From contig OZ024741.1 of the NCBI GenBank assembly GCA_964016885.1, forward strand, positions 175,150,001 to 175,214,000: a DNA stretch of 64,000 nucleotides. The letters are read 5' to 3'. Position 1 is the stretch's first letter, and each line of letters opens with the position of its first letter. Shown piece by piece: positions 37,766 through 51,758 of this stretch. The notes beneath the pieces were generated by a model. That model saw only the letters and a list, made by a program, of their open reading frames with translations. It ran no database searches and was not told the origin of the DNA. This DNA comes from Eledone cirrhosa. Lineage: Eukaryota. The translations under genes and the position numbers were made by a program.

Positions 37766-40700
37766 CTACAGGATGGTATACAGAGAAGGCCCATTTACAC
37801 GAGCCATTCTCGCCACTATCACCCACCTTTCATAAAACTGCCTGTGGCCAAGCACCTCTCTCTCCATTCTTATCCTTCTTCCGAAGTGATATCGGAAGAA
37901 GTAGACCAGACTATGGCCAGAGAGGAAGTTGCCTGACCTCAGACCTTTCAATCGTGTCCACCAAACAACCTCTTTCAACATGGCTATTACGCACAGAAAA
38001 ACCGCCTTTGCTTCCTTTGTGAAGAGGGGAGGCGGCTTGATTGTCATCACGGACTCGGCGGTCAATCGAATCGGCGCCACCCGCGACAGCAGTCGTTCGG
38101 CGCAGCCCCACAGATCAGCCACGCCCGGACATTGCACCAATGCGTGCGCAAGGGTTTCTTCGTGACGCACGCATCTAGGGCAAATCTTTTTCGATGGATC
38201 CCTGCCCGGGCGCCCGTGTCTGTAGAGCCTCTCTCGAACGCGTAGAGCCCCCCGGTAGCACTGCTAGGCTAGTGACTTCTGGAAGTTGTCCATTGGTCCC
38301 GGGCCGAAAGTCCTACCGAACAGGCTGGCCAGTTCGTCCTCTTCCATGTCCAGCGACTCTCCAAGGGCGTCATCGCCCCTGCTAGCCACCAGCCCTCTAT
38401 AGAATGATGAGGTGGATTCTCCACCGATTGCCGGGTCCGCTTGCCAGAGAGCCCTGAGCGCCTGGGCACACTCAGTGTGCCAGTCTCCCAGTTTTCCGGA
38501 TCTTTGCTTGACCCAGGACTGCAGCTCGGTGAGCGAGACGAGTCTCGGAAAGGCTCGTTTCACGAACGGAGCCCACACCGGTTGACCAGTGAGGAATACC
38601 TGTAGGTGCCGTAGCCTTAATGCGTGCCTACGCATCATCAACCACGGCATCCCCAGCACTCCTTTCGAAGGTTGTTGGCAGCAGATGGATCTTCTCACCA
38701 TAGGAGGGCGCTTCTTCCAAAGAAATTGGAAGAGCATGCGTTCCATGGTGGTGAGTGTTTTCTTAGGGCAAGGCACGACAGCCAGGCGGTAGTAAGTGAC
38801 GGACGCTATGTAAATGTTCGCCACCTCCGCCCGACCTTTTAGGGACAGCTTACACTTGGCCCATTTCTGGGTTAGTGCAAACACCTTGTTCGTAACCTCG
38901 TCCCAGTTCATTTCCACCTGGAGGTCCGGTCCAAACCAGACCCCAAGCAACTTCACCGAGCCCTCCGTCCAGTGTCCGACGACACCGTCGGGAGGCATCG
39001 GTCTGCCTCTCCACGTTCCGAGTTGCAGCCCGATGGATTTTTCCCGGTTCAGTTTCGCTCCTGACAACCTTTCGTAATCCTCCAGTAAGGTACCGATCGC
39101 CTCGATCTCCGAGTCGGTCGATACCATTACTGTTACGTCATCGGCGTAGGCCGACACCGCTTTGCTCAATCCTGGTTCCAGTGGGATACCCTGCAACAAC
39201 TCCAACTTCCTCAGTAAAGGCTCGAGAGTCAATACGTACAGAAGGGAGGAGAGAGGGCACCCCTGTCAAATGGATCGTGTGATTTCGAACGGCTTCGAAA
39301 GGTAGCCGTTCACCTTGATCCTAGAACAGATGTGGTTGCTATGTAAGGCAGTGATCCAGCCTCTGAAAACAGGACCAAACCCAGCTGCCGCTAGCACCGC
39401 ATCCAGGTAACCATGGTCGACCCTTTCGAATGCCTTAGACTGATCCAAGTTGATCAGGGCCCCACCGAAGCCGGGTTTGTTGCCAACCCTCTCTATGATG
39501 TATCGCATGAGGTGGAGGTTATCGTGAATGGACCTGGATGGGATAGCACATGTCTGCGCATCTCCCACCAGGCCACCCACGACAAGCGCCAACCTCTTTG
39601 CTAACACCTTGGACAAAATCTTTAACTCTGTGTTTAGTAGGGTTATGGGCCGAAAATTATTTATACTATCCCCCTTGTTCTCGTCCTTCCTCACCAGCGA
39701 GACTACGCCCTTGGCTACAGAACAAGGAATTCTCCCGTTCTGCTGCCAATTGCAGTAGACCGCTTCGAGGAGTTCGGAGAAGACCGGCATTGCTAAATAA
39801 AGTTCGTAAGGTATACCATCGAGACCTGGAGATTTGCGTCTGCTGCATTGGCTCAGCGCATCCCCGATCTCATCAGCCGAGATTGGTCCCTCGCAGGACT
39901 CTGCCTCTTCGCTCGAGAAACGCGGCAGGCCGTCGAGGTATGGACCGAAATCCACGTCGCCGCCCGGACCCTCGCCTCCCCCGAATAATCGGGCAAAGTG
40001 CCTTTGAAAGGCCTCGCACATCTGCTTAGGCTCCCGGATCACCCGTCCATCCTCGTCTTGCAAAGACCGGATGGTGGATCGATTTCCACTCTTAGCTTCT
40101 GTCACGCGGGCCCAGCCAACGGCTTTGGCCCCCTCATTACCTAGAGCACGTATTTTACTTCGAATGACGTAGCCTTCATGCTTTGCATTGAAAAACTGGT
40201 TCAAGGCCGTCCTCGATGCCAGCACTCTGGCCACATCTTCGCTCTTGATTGCCTCTTCTAATTTACCTGTTAATTCTTTCTCGTTTCTATTCCTATCGGC
40301 AGCTAACATCTTGCTATAACTTATTGATTCTGTTCTAATCTCTCTTTTGAGAGATGCCCACTATCGGTTGTTGACGATTGCACCCGTCAACCTCTCCTTA
40401 ACTAATCTGCTAATCCGGTTTCTGTAAGTCTCTTTTGCCGGTAAAGACAAATTAAGTTTCCAGTAACCGGGACCCTGTTTATGTGTTTTCTCGAGATTGA
40501 CTACGCAGGTCACTAATTTGTGATCCGTATAGCCAACCGTGAGCATTTCTGGACAGCTTAATATGTCCCTATCCTTACTTCTAACTAAGAATCTATCTAA
40601 GTACGATCTAGATTGACCACTGTGGTTCGTCCAAGTCCAGGTTGGCACAGTTGGAAAATCTAGTCGATATCTATCGACCAAGTTAAAACGGTCGAGTAAC

Positions 40701-41202
40701 CCCTTGAGGTTGTTACACCCCCTCTATTAGGACATGCTCCTGCATAGTCCCAACGTGCATCTAGGATGTCATTCCAATCCCCCGCTAGAAGCAGGGAACG
40801 CGACGTTCCCAGAAAAGTCTCCAAACGCTGGAAGAAGTCGGGCCGTTCAGCTCCGAAAGGGGAGTAGACGGCGACCAGTCTCAAGGCCGCACCTTCACTA
40901 CTGACAACGTCTAGCACCAACAAACGACCCTCCGGGTCCGAGTGAACAACCTGTACGGCGAGACCCAGGTGTTTTTCCAGCAGTACGACAACCCCACCCC
41001 CACCTCCTGGTTGACAGAGAGATGCATGCACCTCAAAGTCATCGAAGGTAGGGGCCAGCTGCCGCACGACGCTGATCCGAGTCTCACAGATAACCATTAC
41101 ATTTATACCACGTGACCTGAGGTCATTTAGAAGCTTTGCTTGCTTCCAAGTTGAGCCCAGGCCACGTGCATCATTCAAACATCCTACTCTTAACACATCC
41201 AT
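37766..41202 (-). pseudogene. LINE ORF2: APE endonuclease + reverse transcriptase + C-terminal zinc finger, disrupted
   Basis: Motifs LN(D)ARGL, CET, GDWN, YLDRF, TDHK; SPGLDG, FRPITLLN, DQSKAF, QGCPLSPLLY, YADD; CPRC..EET..H....CP. One frameshift at ~40690 and stops at 40361, 39266 and 38264. Confidence 0.95.
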
Positions 41203-41235
41203 GTGGGCGGCAAAGCCGAAGGAGAGTGTAGAGAC

Positions 41236-42908
41236 CTACCTTTCTGCTTCCATGGGGTCGGGGGTGTTGGGTGAAGGGGTGTCTTGTGGTGGTGTGGGGT
41301 CGTCAGTGTGTGTTGGGGTTGGGGTGTTTGGAGTTGTGTTGGGGAGGGGAAGGGGAGGGGGCAAGCTTTTTAGTAGGACGCGGTTTATGGGTTTGACAGA
41401 GGGTGGTCCTACGTCCTCCTTAAAATCCTTTTTTAGTTTTTGGTAGAGGTTCATTGGGATCTTTATTAATTTTAAATGTGGGTAGTTTTCTGAAGAAACA
41501 AAGTTTACACCTTCGGTTTGTACCGAAGGATTATTGTTTATGAGTTCATTTAATTTATTATTGTTTCTGTTGATGTAAGTATAGTGTAATGTCTTTTTTT
41601 CGGATGGTGTGAGTGTTTCGAAGAGGGGAGGGGCAGGTTTGGTTTTGTTTGTTGCTGGAGGGGTGTTTTGTGTTTTGTTGGATTGTGTTGACATTTGGGT
41701 AGGGGTTGTTTGGCCTTGTGTGTTTTGCACATGTTTTCTTTTTTTCCTTTTAATCTGTCTGAAGGACTCCGTTTCTTCCTCCGAATTCGTTGGGTTATCT
41801 TCAGTGTTGGAGGGAAGAGGTATGTTTGCTGGTAATGTTTCCGTGTTGGTTTTCTTTGTGGGGGAGATGGATGTCACTATGTTAGACTGTGTTGTGTGTT
41901 GTGGCTGCGGTGGTTGTGTTGTTTTATTGAGTGAGGGGTTGGGTGGGACTGTGTTTTGTTTTTGGGTAATGTGTTGTGACTGTTTGTGTTGTGGTGGTGG
42001 TGTAGTTTTACTGACGGACGGGTTGGGTGGGACTGAGTTTTGTTGTTTGTTTATCTGTTGTGGTGGTGGTGGAGCTGGTGTTGGTAGCAGGGTTTTCTTT
42101 TTGTTGAGTTGGGGACAAGCCGCCTTCAGGTGCCCTCTGCCTGCACAGATATGACAGGACGGCCTTCTCCCCTCCACGCTAATGTTTATATACCCGTGGC
42201 CCTCTAATAGGATTCTGTCGGGTATTTGGGCGATGCGTTCAGGCTTCATTTGCACTACAAGTTCTATACCTGTTCCACTGAACGCATTGCCTGTGGTTTT
42301 CCCAATGGAAATCACGTTGTCATTCGCTTGATCAATGAAGCCAGCTATGAGCCAGCAGTAGTCCACATCTGGCATCATTGCATCCAGCCATATGCGCTGA
42401 GTTCTTTTACATAAGATGGATAAAAGGTAAAATTTGTCGAACAAATCGGCGACAAAGCACATTTTTTTGCCGCCGATTCGTTCTTCATAATAATCGCTAG
42501 GCTTCCATACAGTCTGTCTCTTCTTATGAAAGTGGTTTCATTAAGTACTTCTGTAAGTACTGCTTTGATTTCTGTTTGTGTTGGCTGTTGAGGCTTTTTA
42601 GAAATGTTGTTGATGGTGCGGAAAACGACCGTCCGACTTTCAATGTCTTTGGTGAGTTCTTGAGGCATTTTTACCGATAAAATACCATTTTCCCCTTGAG
42701 TTATGTATTGTTTGGCGTTTATAATTCTTTGTGCCACATCTGAAATATTTTCAGGTATATATGTCAAAGATTTCTTTGTTGTTTGTGCAAATGAAATATT
42801 ATTGGTGTTGACTTTGTCGTCTGCTTTGCTTTCTGTTATGATGTTGTTTTCAAATGTTATTTTTGTGTTTGTTGTGTCTTTGTTTGTGGTATTAATATTG
42901 TCATGCAA
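41236..42908 (-). pseudogene. LINE ORF1 (gag-like, zinc knuckle), frameshifted
   Basis: CHICAGRGHLKAAC = CX2CX4HX4C; Pro/Thr/Gln-rich tail. The two overlapping ORFs probably join by a 1-nt loss in an A-run near 42405. The true start may lie slightly upstream of 42908. Confidence 0.85.
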
Positions 42909-43375
42909 TTTTTCAAATTTTTTATTGTTGTTGGAATCAATGTCCAGATTTGTGTTTTCGTCATTTTTCTCCGCACATTCGTCTGTTTTTATTTTATTTT
43001 TTCTTTCCTTCTCTATGACGTTAGTTGGGAAGGAAGGGGGGGACTCAAGCGTGCGAGCTTACAACTCTTACCGCTGTCCCCCCACCACTATTTTCGTTAG
43101 CTTCGTTTAACATTTCTGTCAGACGATTGAATTTTTTATTCCACAAAATTTTAAAAACAGGTTTTTCACCCCTGGGAGGGGCGAAGATGAGCTGACCCAC
43201 CGCCTGACAGCTCAGACGGTGGGGGGTCAAGCTACACAATAGTATCAAAATTAAAATTGAACTTACAAAATTTCCGCAATAAATTGGAACAAAACTTCTG
43301 CGCGAAGTGAATTACATCTACGCTGTAGAACAGACGACAGTTAGATTTGAATATATATATATATAGATAGATAGA

Positions 43376-43478
43376 TAGAAGTAGTTCCACAGCAGTTAGT
43401 ACACCATTTCCGAGAACGTTGGAGGTGAAATAAATTGTTCTCGGAAATGGTGTACCAACTGTTGTGGAACTACTTCTA
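43376..43478. repeat. 42-bp-arm inverted repeat
   Basis: tagaagtagttccacagcagttagtacaccatttccgagaac / gttctcggaaatggtgtaccaactgttgtggaactacttcta. Confidence 0.85.
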
Positions 43479-43822
43479 CCAAACTCATCCCATGGACTGA
43501 GTGCTCTACTACTGCGGATATAACTCACCAGTGTTCCGCCACTTCGTAACGTTTATCTATTTTTTTCGTCAAACTTATATTTTATACTTAGCTCCGTTTA
43601 AATGATTATTTGTCTAGTTAATTTCTACGGACTAAGAGGAAAGACTGGGTACATTTTATCTGATTGATCCTCATAAAGGAATATCGATAACATTTATCTT
43701 ATTTCTTCAAATTTACATTTTAAATTTAGTTCCGTTTAAATGATTATTTATCTAGTTAATTTCTACGGACTAAGAAGAAAGAATTGGATGGATTTTGTCT
43801 GACTATTCTCCAAACTTATAAT

Positions 43823-43961
<139 letters not shown>

Positions 43962-44049
43962 GCTCACACCTATGCAGGTTTAGCAGGCCTCCTCCAAGGT
44001 ATATCTCGTTGGAGGTGTCTTGGGTAATTTAATGATAGGGACTCCAGTC

Positions 44050-44160
44050 CTAGCATCTCATTTGTACAGCTGAGTAAACTGGAGCAACGTTAAATAAAGT
44101 GTCTTGCTCAAGGAAACTACACATCACCCGGTCCGAGAATTGAACTCACAACCTTTCGAT
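44050..44160 (-). mobile_element. CORE-domain-like tRNA SINE fragment
   Basis: Minus strand gagttcaattc...ccttgagcaagacacttta...ccagtttactcagctgtacaaatgag resembles the MIR/CORE motif; a similar remnant lies at ~410-465. Confidence 0.6.
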
Positions 44161-44394
44161 ATATACATATATATACACGATGATGTTCTACAGTTTCTCT
44201 TTACCAAATTTCACTCATAATTTCAACCTGAGATTATTGTAGATGATACTTGCCGAATATGCCGCGCAGCCGCATTGAACCCAGAACCGAACTTCTTAGC
44301 CATGCCTGTGCCGATATGGAAACTACTTAAATATTTATACCTGTTTCTTGACACACACACACATACCCCCCCCCCCAGACACACACACACACTT

Positions 44395-44456
<62 letters not shown>

Positions 44457-44468
44457 ACACACACACTT

Positions 44469-44587
<119 letters not shown>

Positions 44588-45571
44588 ATAAAACAAATTA
44601 AATGGTAAAAATCTGTTCGGCAAAACAAGCAGAATGACTATTTTTCTCATTTTGTTGTTTATCATTTCATCCTATATCTGTCTGTTCTGTAAGCCATATA
44701 GATTCCGATGTTATTTTTTTTTTATTTAATCAATATATACCATACCTTTTTAAGACAGGTCAACAGAAATTGAGGTATTTAGGTCAAAGATGTGCAGAAT
44801 AAAAATGATGAAAAGCAAATCTCACACAACTACTACAGATGAAGTTCATGCAAAATACAATTAATTGAACACGTTGTTATCTGACATATTCATGTCTTAC
44901 ACGGCACTATGTCGGAAAGAGATTTGTACAAAGATGAAATATGTCAAGTTCTTGTTGAATTATCAACACCACTGTTGGCTTCCCCAGAAGAAACTAAATC
45001 AGAGATACTCAAACGGGAAGCACTTGACTCCCAGGGGAGGAATTTTAGCCAAGAGAAGTATTGGGAAGGAATACAAATTGGGAAAGAACAGCGCGTCTCC
45101 TTCACCATCCTCCGAAGAAACGCCTTCGCTATTGTGTCCACCGGGGTCGCGGGGCGGCCAGCGCGTGGAGTCCGATTGCTCATAAAAGTGAGAGATAGGG
45201 AGAGCAGGAGAGACGGAGGCACTGACAGTGGGAGTTTGGTTCTTTTGTGTTCGGACCTGAAGTATATCTATATGTTTCACGGAAACACGCTCATGTATGT
45301 GATGGATTCTTCCATCTGACCAATTCACTCATTGAATAACCACTTGTTAATGTTATCTTACAAAAATTAACAAACATATTTGACATTTGACTATGGACGG
45401 GTGCTCAGAGAATATAATATCTTCTTAAAAATACATAACGTTACAGTGTACATTGTTGATGTATCAAATAAACTACCACTATAAGTAATTACGAATTAAT
45501 AATATATATACACAGACATACACACACAGAGTCAGAGACAGACAGAGACAGACACAGACAGACAGACAGAC

Positions 45572-45695
<124 letters not shown>

Positions 45696-45910
45696 CCTAT
45701 AAAGTAAAATATAACTGCTGCTTCAGACTTTATCTAGATTGCTCATGGTAATTTGGTGCTTGGGTAAAAATTACTAGATGACAAATTGAGGAAACCTGGA
45801 ATTTCAAAAGGAAGAATGTGACCAAAGTCTCTGAGAACCACTGGACTATATAGAAGATAGTTTTAATTAGCTTTGTTAAATAAACTTGTACGTTAGTTAA
45901 TACTTGCTAG

Positions 45911-46245
45911 AGCGGCGAATTGGCAGAGTCGTTAGAACGTCGGATAGAATGCTTTATGGTATTAGCCCCGGCTCTCTGCTCTCTGAGTTCAAATCCCACC
46001 GAGGTCAACTTTGCCTTTCATCCTTTCGGGGTCGATAAAAAAAGTACCAGTCTAGTACTGGGGTCGATTCATCCTCTATATCTCTTTCTCATTTCCTCAC
46101 TCTCACTTTTTATCTTTCTCTGGAAGAAATCTGCTCTACTCACTCAGGCCTGGAGAGGGATGGGCTCCGCCAGGCTTGAAATACCCTAGAAACGCCGTAT
46201 GTCAATACGGCACCCCCACGACTCTACCACCAGTTATGGGACTAC
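45911..46245 (+). mobile_element. SINE family B with 3' extension
   Basis: ggcgaattggcagagtcgttagaacgtcgg...gagttcaaatccc...cctttcggggtcgataaaa; the best-preserved family B copy. Confidence 0.8.
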
Positions 46246-46265
46246 ACATACATACATACATACAT

Positions 46266-46450
46266 AATTGTTTCTACTTTTGGCACAAGGCCAGAAATTA
46301 CCCAGTACATTACTGGTACTTTATTTTATCGACCCCGTAAGGATGAAAGGCAAAGTTAACCTCGGCGGGATTTGAACTCAGACCATAAAGGGCCGTAACT
46401 CTATGCTGTAAAGCATGGCGTCCAACCTTCTACCGATACTGCCAATCCAA
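46266..46450 (-). mobile_element. SINE family A in (CATA)n
   Basis: Reverse complement of family A, flanked by catacatacataat on both sides. Confidence 0.9.
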
Positions 46451-46640
46451 ACACATACATACATAATACTTGCTTGATCCACCACATATTTCATTTCAAA
46501 ATTCGTTAGCAAATATACAAGAAGTGAGCTTTAGTTAATTGTAATGGCTGAAAACCATTGCATATTGCTTTCTTAAGATAGAGAAAACGAAGAAAATGCC
46601 TTTAAACTTGCATTCGTAACCATGAAGATAATCTTAACTA

Positions 46641-47048
46641 TAACTAGCAGAATGGCTCGGCGTTGCTCGGGATTCTAAACATAGATTGGCATGTTTATCC
46701 CTCCTTTCTGAAACAGTTTCGTCGTATGTTCACCAATTGATGCAGAAGTCCTAATAAAAAGTGAAGTCGCAAATAATTTTCCATTAAGACTTTTCAAAAG
46801 CATGTAATTGCGTTCCCTCTCTTTTTTGTTGTTGTTTTTGCTGCTGTCGTGAAATAAATACGTTTGTTTATATTTTGTCATTGTGTATGCAAAAATATCT
46901 GTACACGAATATATAATTATATATATATTAAAATAACAGATTAAAGTTTAAGCGAAGAATCGCTGCTTTCGCCCTTAACGAGATCTTCTGAAACTAAAAA
47001 AAATCAATCTGTGAACGCAGAAGTAAATATTTCGCAAAACGTTACACA

Positions 47049-47106
<58 letters not shown>

Positions 47107-47424
47107 TATATATATACATATATACACACGCACACAGATAGTGTCATAATGTCGTAATGCAAACTGCCAGACATGCAGACAGATATTATAAGGGCGCGAC
47201 GTTATATCTATGTATCTATCTAAAAAGACAGACCAAGAAAGACAGAGAGAGATCGTTACCGGTGCCTAATGCGGTCCTTAGGGCATTGAAAAGTTGAAAT
47301 ATCTTTTGCTCAAAACACTCACACGACCATAAGTATTACATGTGTAAAATTTGAAAAAAGTCGGTTGGGTGGTTCTCGAGTTTTTTGGGGACAGACAGAC
47401 ATTCTCTGTTTTAGATATATAGAT
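46641..47424 (+). mobile_element. Non-autonomous Helitron-like rolling-circle element
   Basis: One end actagcag...ctcggcgttgctcggg (CTAG plus hairpin), other end gacagacagacattctctgttttagatatatagat; internal microsatellites. Confidence 0.55.
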
Positions 47425-48655
47425 AAAGAAAGGAGTACGGGACTGCGTCCACAATATTTTTTTAAATCCCGTTTGTAAAATAAGTTGGATTACTTTGAAT
47501 AAATATTGAATGAATATTATATAATTTATCTACTAAATTTCACTTCTTTTCCTAATGCAGTTTATATATAATATCGTCCTTTTTAAATGTATCATGGATT
47601 ACTTTACTGATTACATAAGATAGTATAACGCAGACTTCGTTCAATTTCTGTGTATATTGTCAATTACGATTTCATTTGACGTATCATATCTACATGCTTA
47701 TATACTTGCGTATAATATCAATACACACACTACACATGCTAGCAGAAAACCGCCTCGAAGGGTGGTTTTTCTGCTAGTACTTCTAATTTCTATTTCACTC
47801 AACACCACGAAAATAATACTTCTAATTTATGATGTAAATACTTTTTATTTCAAAGCCCTAATATCAATAATTCTAATATCTCTCACACCCGACACCATGG
47901 ATATAATACTTCTAATGTTTCTCTCATCCTACACCATGATGATAATATATATAATATATATAGATAATATATATAGATAATATATATAGATAATATATAT
48001 AATTTATCTTTTTTTGAAGTCGCCAAACGAATTAACTATTTTTGAAATTGTTGAGGCAAATATCACAGAGCAAGAGGTCAAATGACCTGGTAGGCGGAAA
48101 ATCATGAAGATGCTTCAATTATCGAAAACACAAATTACCGGTTAATCCCATGACGTCTAAATTATCAACAGGCAGTGATCTGCCATGTATTGTAATTGCT
48201 TGCATGCAATAACGTCGTTCAAACGTGAAGAGTCCCTCCTTAGAGTTCGCCCAAGCTCTCAATTTTGTCGTTTTCTTCCGATAAGAGCACAGTTTTTGAA
48301 GAGCGTCAAAAATGATTAGAAATAGGCGTTATAAGGTTAAACGCAATTTCCACCAGCTTTCAATTTGAAAAGGATTTTAAGTCAATTTCACTTGACAAGC
48401 TAAATACCAGTTCCCTTATTTCCTGCAAAGATGTAATGCAAAGATGCAATATTTAAAAAAAAAAAAAAAAATGAAAGAAAGAAAGAAAGAAATGCGATTA
48501 TGTCTCGAATGAGGTGAAGTACACTGATGTGAATTAAATTCAACTGGGAATCGAAAACTGCATCACTGATTTAATTTGTTGAAAGCTTCCCTCATTATTG
48601 TGCGACGGTTCTGCTACAATGTAAAAACTGTAAGAGTCACGGAAGAGTAGATATC

Positions 48656-48962
48656 ATATCTATATTAAGCCGATCCTTTAAAGTAACAAACGGTTTTTAT
48701 TTTCTCACTACATACGTTACCACGACGACTACCACCACTATTTGAACTGACATCAAATTGGTGGGCCAAGCAGAAAAACGTAATTTGCAGGCAGCAATTA
48801 AATATTCTTAATTGACAACATCTTCGTCGTCGTCGTTACCATTATTATCATCTCCATCATCATTATCATCACCTTCAGCAACATCATCATCACCTCCATC
48901 GTCATCATCACCATCATCACCTCCATCATCATTATCATCACCTTCAACATCATCATCAACAC

Positions 48963-49012
<50 letters not shown>

Positions 49013-50851
49013 CCTCCATCATCATTATCACCACAATCATCTTTATCAACATCACCATCATCATCAACATTATCATCCGAATCATTATCAACACCACCAC
49101 CACCACCACTACGATCACCATTATCATCACCATCATCACCACCATCCCCCACCACCATCTAAATTATCATCACCACAAACACCACCACGCCCTCAACAGC
49201 CATCATCATCATCACCACCACCACCACCACCCCATCATCGCTACCATCACACCATTATCATCACCATCACCACCACCACCACCTCCACCACCACCAGACG
49301 ACTACCACCTCCACCACCACCTCCACCACCACCTCCACCACCACGCTCTTAACTGCCATTATCACCACCACCACCACCACCACCTCCATCATCACCATCA
49401 CCACCACCGCCACCTCCACCACCACACCACTACCACCTCCACCACCACGAACACCACCACAAACACCACCACGCCCTCAACCGCCATTATCATCACCACC
49501 ACCTCCATCATCATTACCATCACCATTATCACCACCATCACCACTATCACTACCACCGCCACCACCTCCATCATCACTACCATCACCATTATCACCACCA
49601 CCACCACACCACTACCACCTCCACCACCACGAACACCACCACAAACACCACCACGCCCTCAACCGCCATTATCACCACCACCACCTCCATCATCATTACC
49701 ATCACCATTATCACCACAATCACCACCATCACCACCACCACCTCCATCATCACTACCATCACCATTATCATCACCATCACCAGACCACTAACACCTCCAC
49801 CACCACGAACACCACCACAAACACCACCATGCTCTCAACCACCACCATGCTCTCAATCACCACCATCATCATCAGCACCACCACCACCACCACCACCACC
49901 ACCACCGCCTCCACCATCACCACCACCACCACCACCACCTCCACCATAACCACCACCACCACCACCTCCACCATCACCACCACCACCACCATCACCACCA
50001 CCACCACCACCACCATCACCACCGCCTCCACCACCACCACCATCACCACCGCCTCCACCACCACCACCACCACCACCGCCTCCACCACCACCACCACCGC
50101 CTCCACCACCACCACCACCACCACCATCATCACCACCACCACCACCACCACCACCACCACCGCCACCACCACCACCATCACCACCACCACCATCACCACC
50201 ACCACCACCACCACCACCGCCACCACCACCACCACCACCACCACCACCACCACCACCACCACCACCACCACCACCACCACCATCACCACCACCACCACCA
50301 CCATCACCACCGCCTCCACCACCACCACCACCAGCACCACCACCATCACCACCACCACCACCATCACCACCACCACCACCACCACCATCACCACCACCAC
50401 CACCACCACCACCACCGCCACCACCACCACCACCACCACCACCACCACCACCGCCACCACCACCATCACCACCACCACCACCACCACCACCGCCACCACC
50501 ACCACCACCACCACCACCACCACCACCACCACCACCACCACCACCACCACCATCACCACCACCACCACCACCATCACCACCGCCTCCACCACCACCACCA
50601 CCAGCACCACCACCATCACCACCACCACCACCATCACCACCACCACCACCACCACCATCACCACCACCACCACCACCACCACCACCGCCACCACCACCAC
50701 CATCACCACCACCACCATCACCACCACCACCACCACCACCACCGCCACCACCACCACCACCACCACCACCACCACCACCACCACCACCACCACCACCACC
50801 ACCATCACCACCACCACCACCACCATCACCACCGCCTCCACCACCACCACC

Positions 50852-50882
<31 letters not shown>

Positions 50883-51050
50883 CCACCACCACCACCACCA
50901 CCACCACCACCACCACCGCCACTATCACCCATCTCCCATCAACAGCATCACTACCAACATTAAAGGTAACATTAAAAGCAACAATTTATTACTTTTTGTA
51001 GTCAACATATTTTATATTTACCATTTTATTCCGGCAACACGTTTCCCTAG
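48656..51050 (+). mobile_element. Possible Helitron-like element swollen by (CAT)n/(CAC)n repeats
   Basis: Starts atatctatattaagccg, ends ccggcaacacgtttccCTAG/t; the terminal hairpin is degenerate. Confidence 0.4.
48812..50930. repeat. Compound trinucleotide repeat (CAT)n then (CAC)n with higher-order duplications
   Basis: Directly visible; produces poly-T/V/G/M pseudo-ORFs. Confidence 0.95.
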
Positions 51051-51152
51051 TTAGGAAATAATTAAAGGTCTTTGGTTTAATTATAATCAAGATTCACTCG
51101 CATTGCTCTCATTTATATTAATGTTACACAAGGATTGTCAAACGGTTTGGAG

Positions 51153-51192
<40 letters not shown>

Positions 51193-51325
51193 ATAACTAC
51201 TACTACTACTACTACTACCACCAACACCACTACTTCTACTACCTTATCTGACTCAGGTCCATTCATTCATACGAAACGTGTTACAAATGATGTTATAAAA
51301 CTATAAAACGTCAATATATATATAT

Positions 51326-51490
51326 ATCATCATCATCATCATCATCATCAAGGTCTAGCGTCCGTGTTCCACGCTTGCATGGGTTTGGACGGGGGTTTTC
51401 CCACTTGAGGCAAGAGTGGTTGTCTTGCTCGCATAGGACTGTCTGGCGGGTTTTCTACAGCTGGATGCCCTTCCTAACACCAACCACATT
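51326..51490 (-). mobile_element. Retroposon 3' part with (TGA)n tail (RTE-partner SINE-like)
   Basis: Minus strand gtggttggtgttaggaagggcatccagctgtagaaa...gtggaacacggacgctagacct(tga)n. Confidence 0.55.
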
Positions 51491-51715
51491 TACATATATA
51501 TATATATAAGTATGTACACGTACATACATATATGTATACAGACGTACAGTAGTATGTATATATATATATACATACATGCACACATATATATATATGTACG
51601 TATGGATTCACCGAACATTTATTATAATGCTCGGTGTGTTTGTAAACAAACATCCCGTATTAAGCCGTAGTGTCCAGCAACCATCGTTGCTCGTTTGTTC
51701 AACACTGACAAAGGA

Positions 51716-51758
51716 ACACTGTACTAGTTTCAAGCTTATTAGCTATCGTCAGCAACGT
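51716..51758 (-). ncRNA. Hammerhead motif family 1, copy D (within repeat ~51510-51902)
   Basis: acgttgCTGACGAtagctaataagcttGAAActagTAcagtgt; a C>T change in stem I leaves a G-U pair. Confidence 0.78.

Larger units (their letters stand above)
37552..43350 (-). mobile_element. Full-length, disabled L1/Tx1-clade LINE (~5.8 kb) between (TA)n tracts
   Basis: ORF1 with a CCHC knuckle, then APE-RT-zinc-finger ORF2, then a 3' UTR ending aataaataaa; (TA)n on both sides. Confidence 0.93.

Noticed and set aside
37605-43248. Plus-strand and alternate-frame ORFs overlapping the LINE
   Set aside because: Shadow ORFs of the GC-richer LINE coding sequence with no independent motifs.
47739-47777. Strong hairpin ctagcagaaaaccgcc/gggtggtttttctgctag as a terminator
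   Set aside because: Eukaryotic repeat context; more likely a transposon (Helitron-like) terminal palindrome.
48798-51001. Poly-Thr mucin-like, poly-Gly and poly-Val ORFs
   Set aside because: Trinucleotide repeats lacking stops; no unique flanking domain or splice context.
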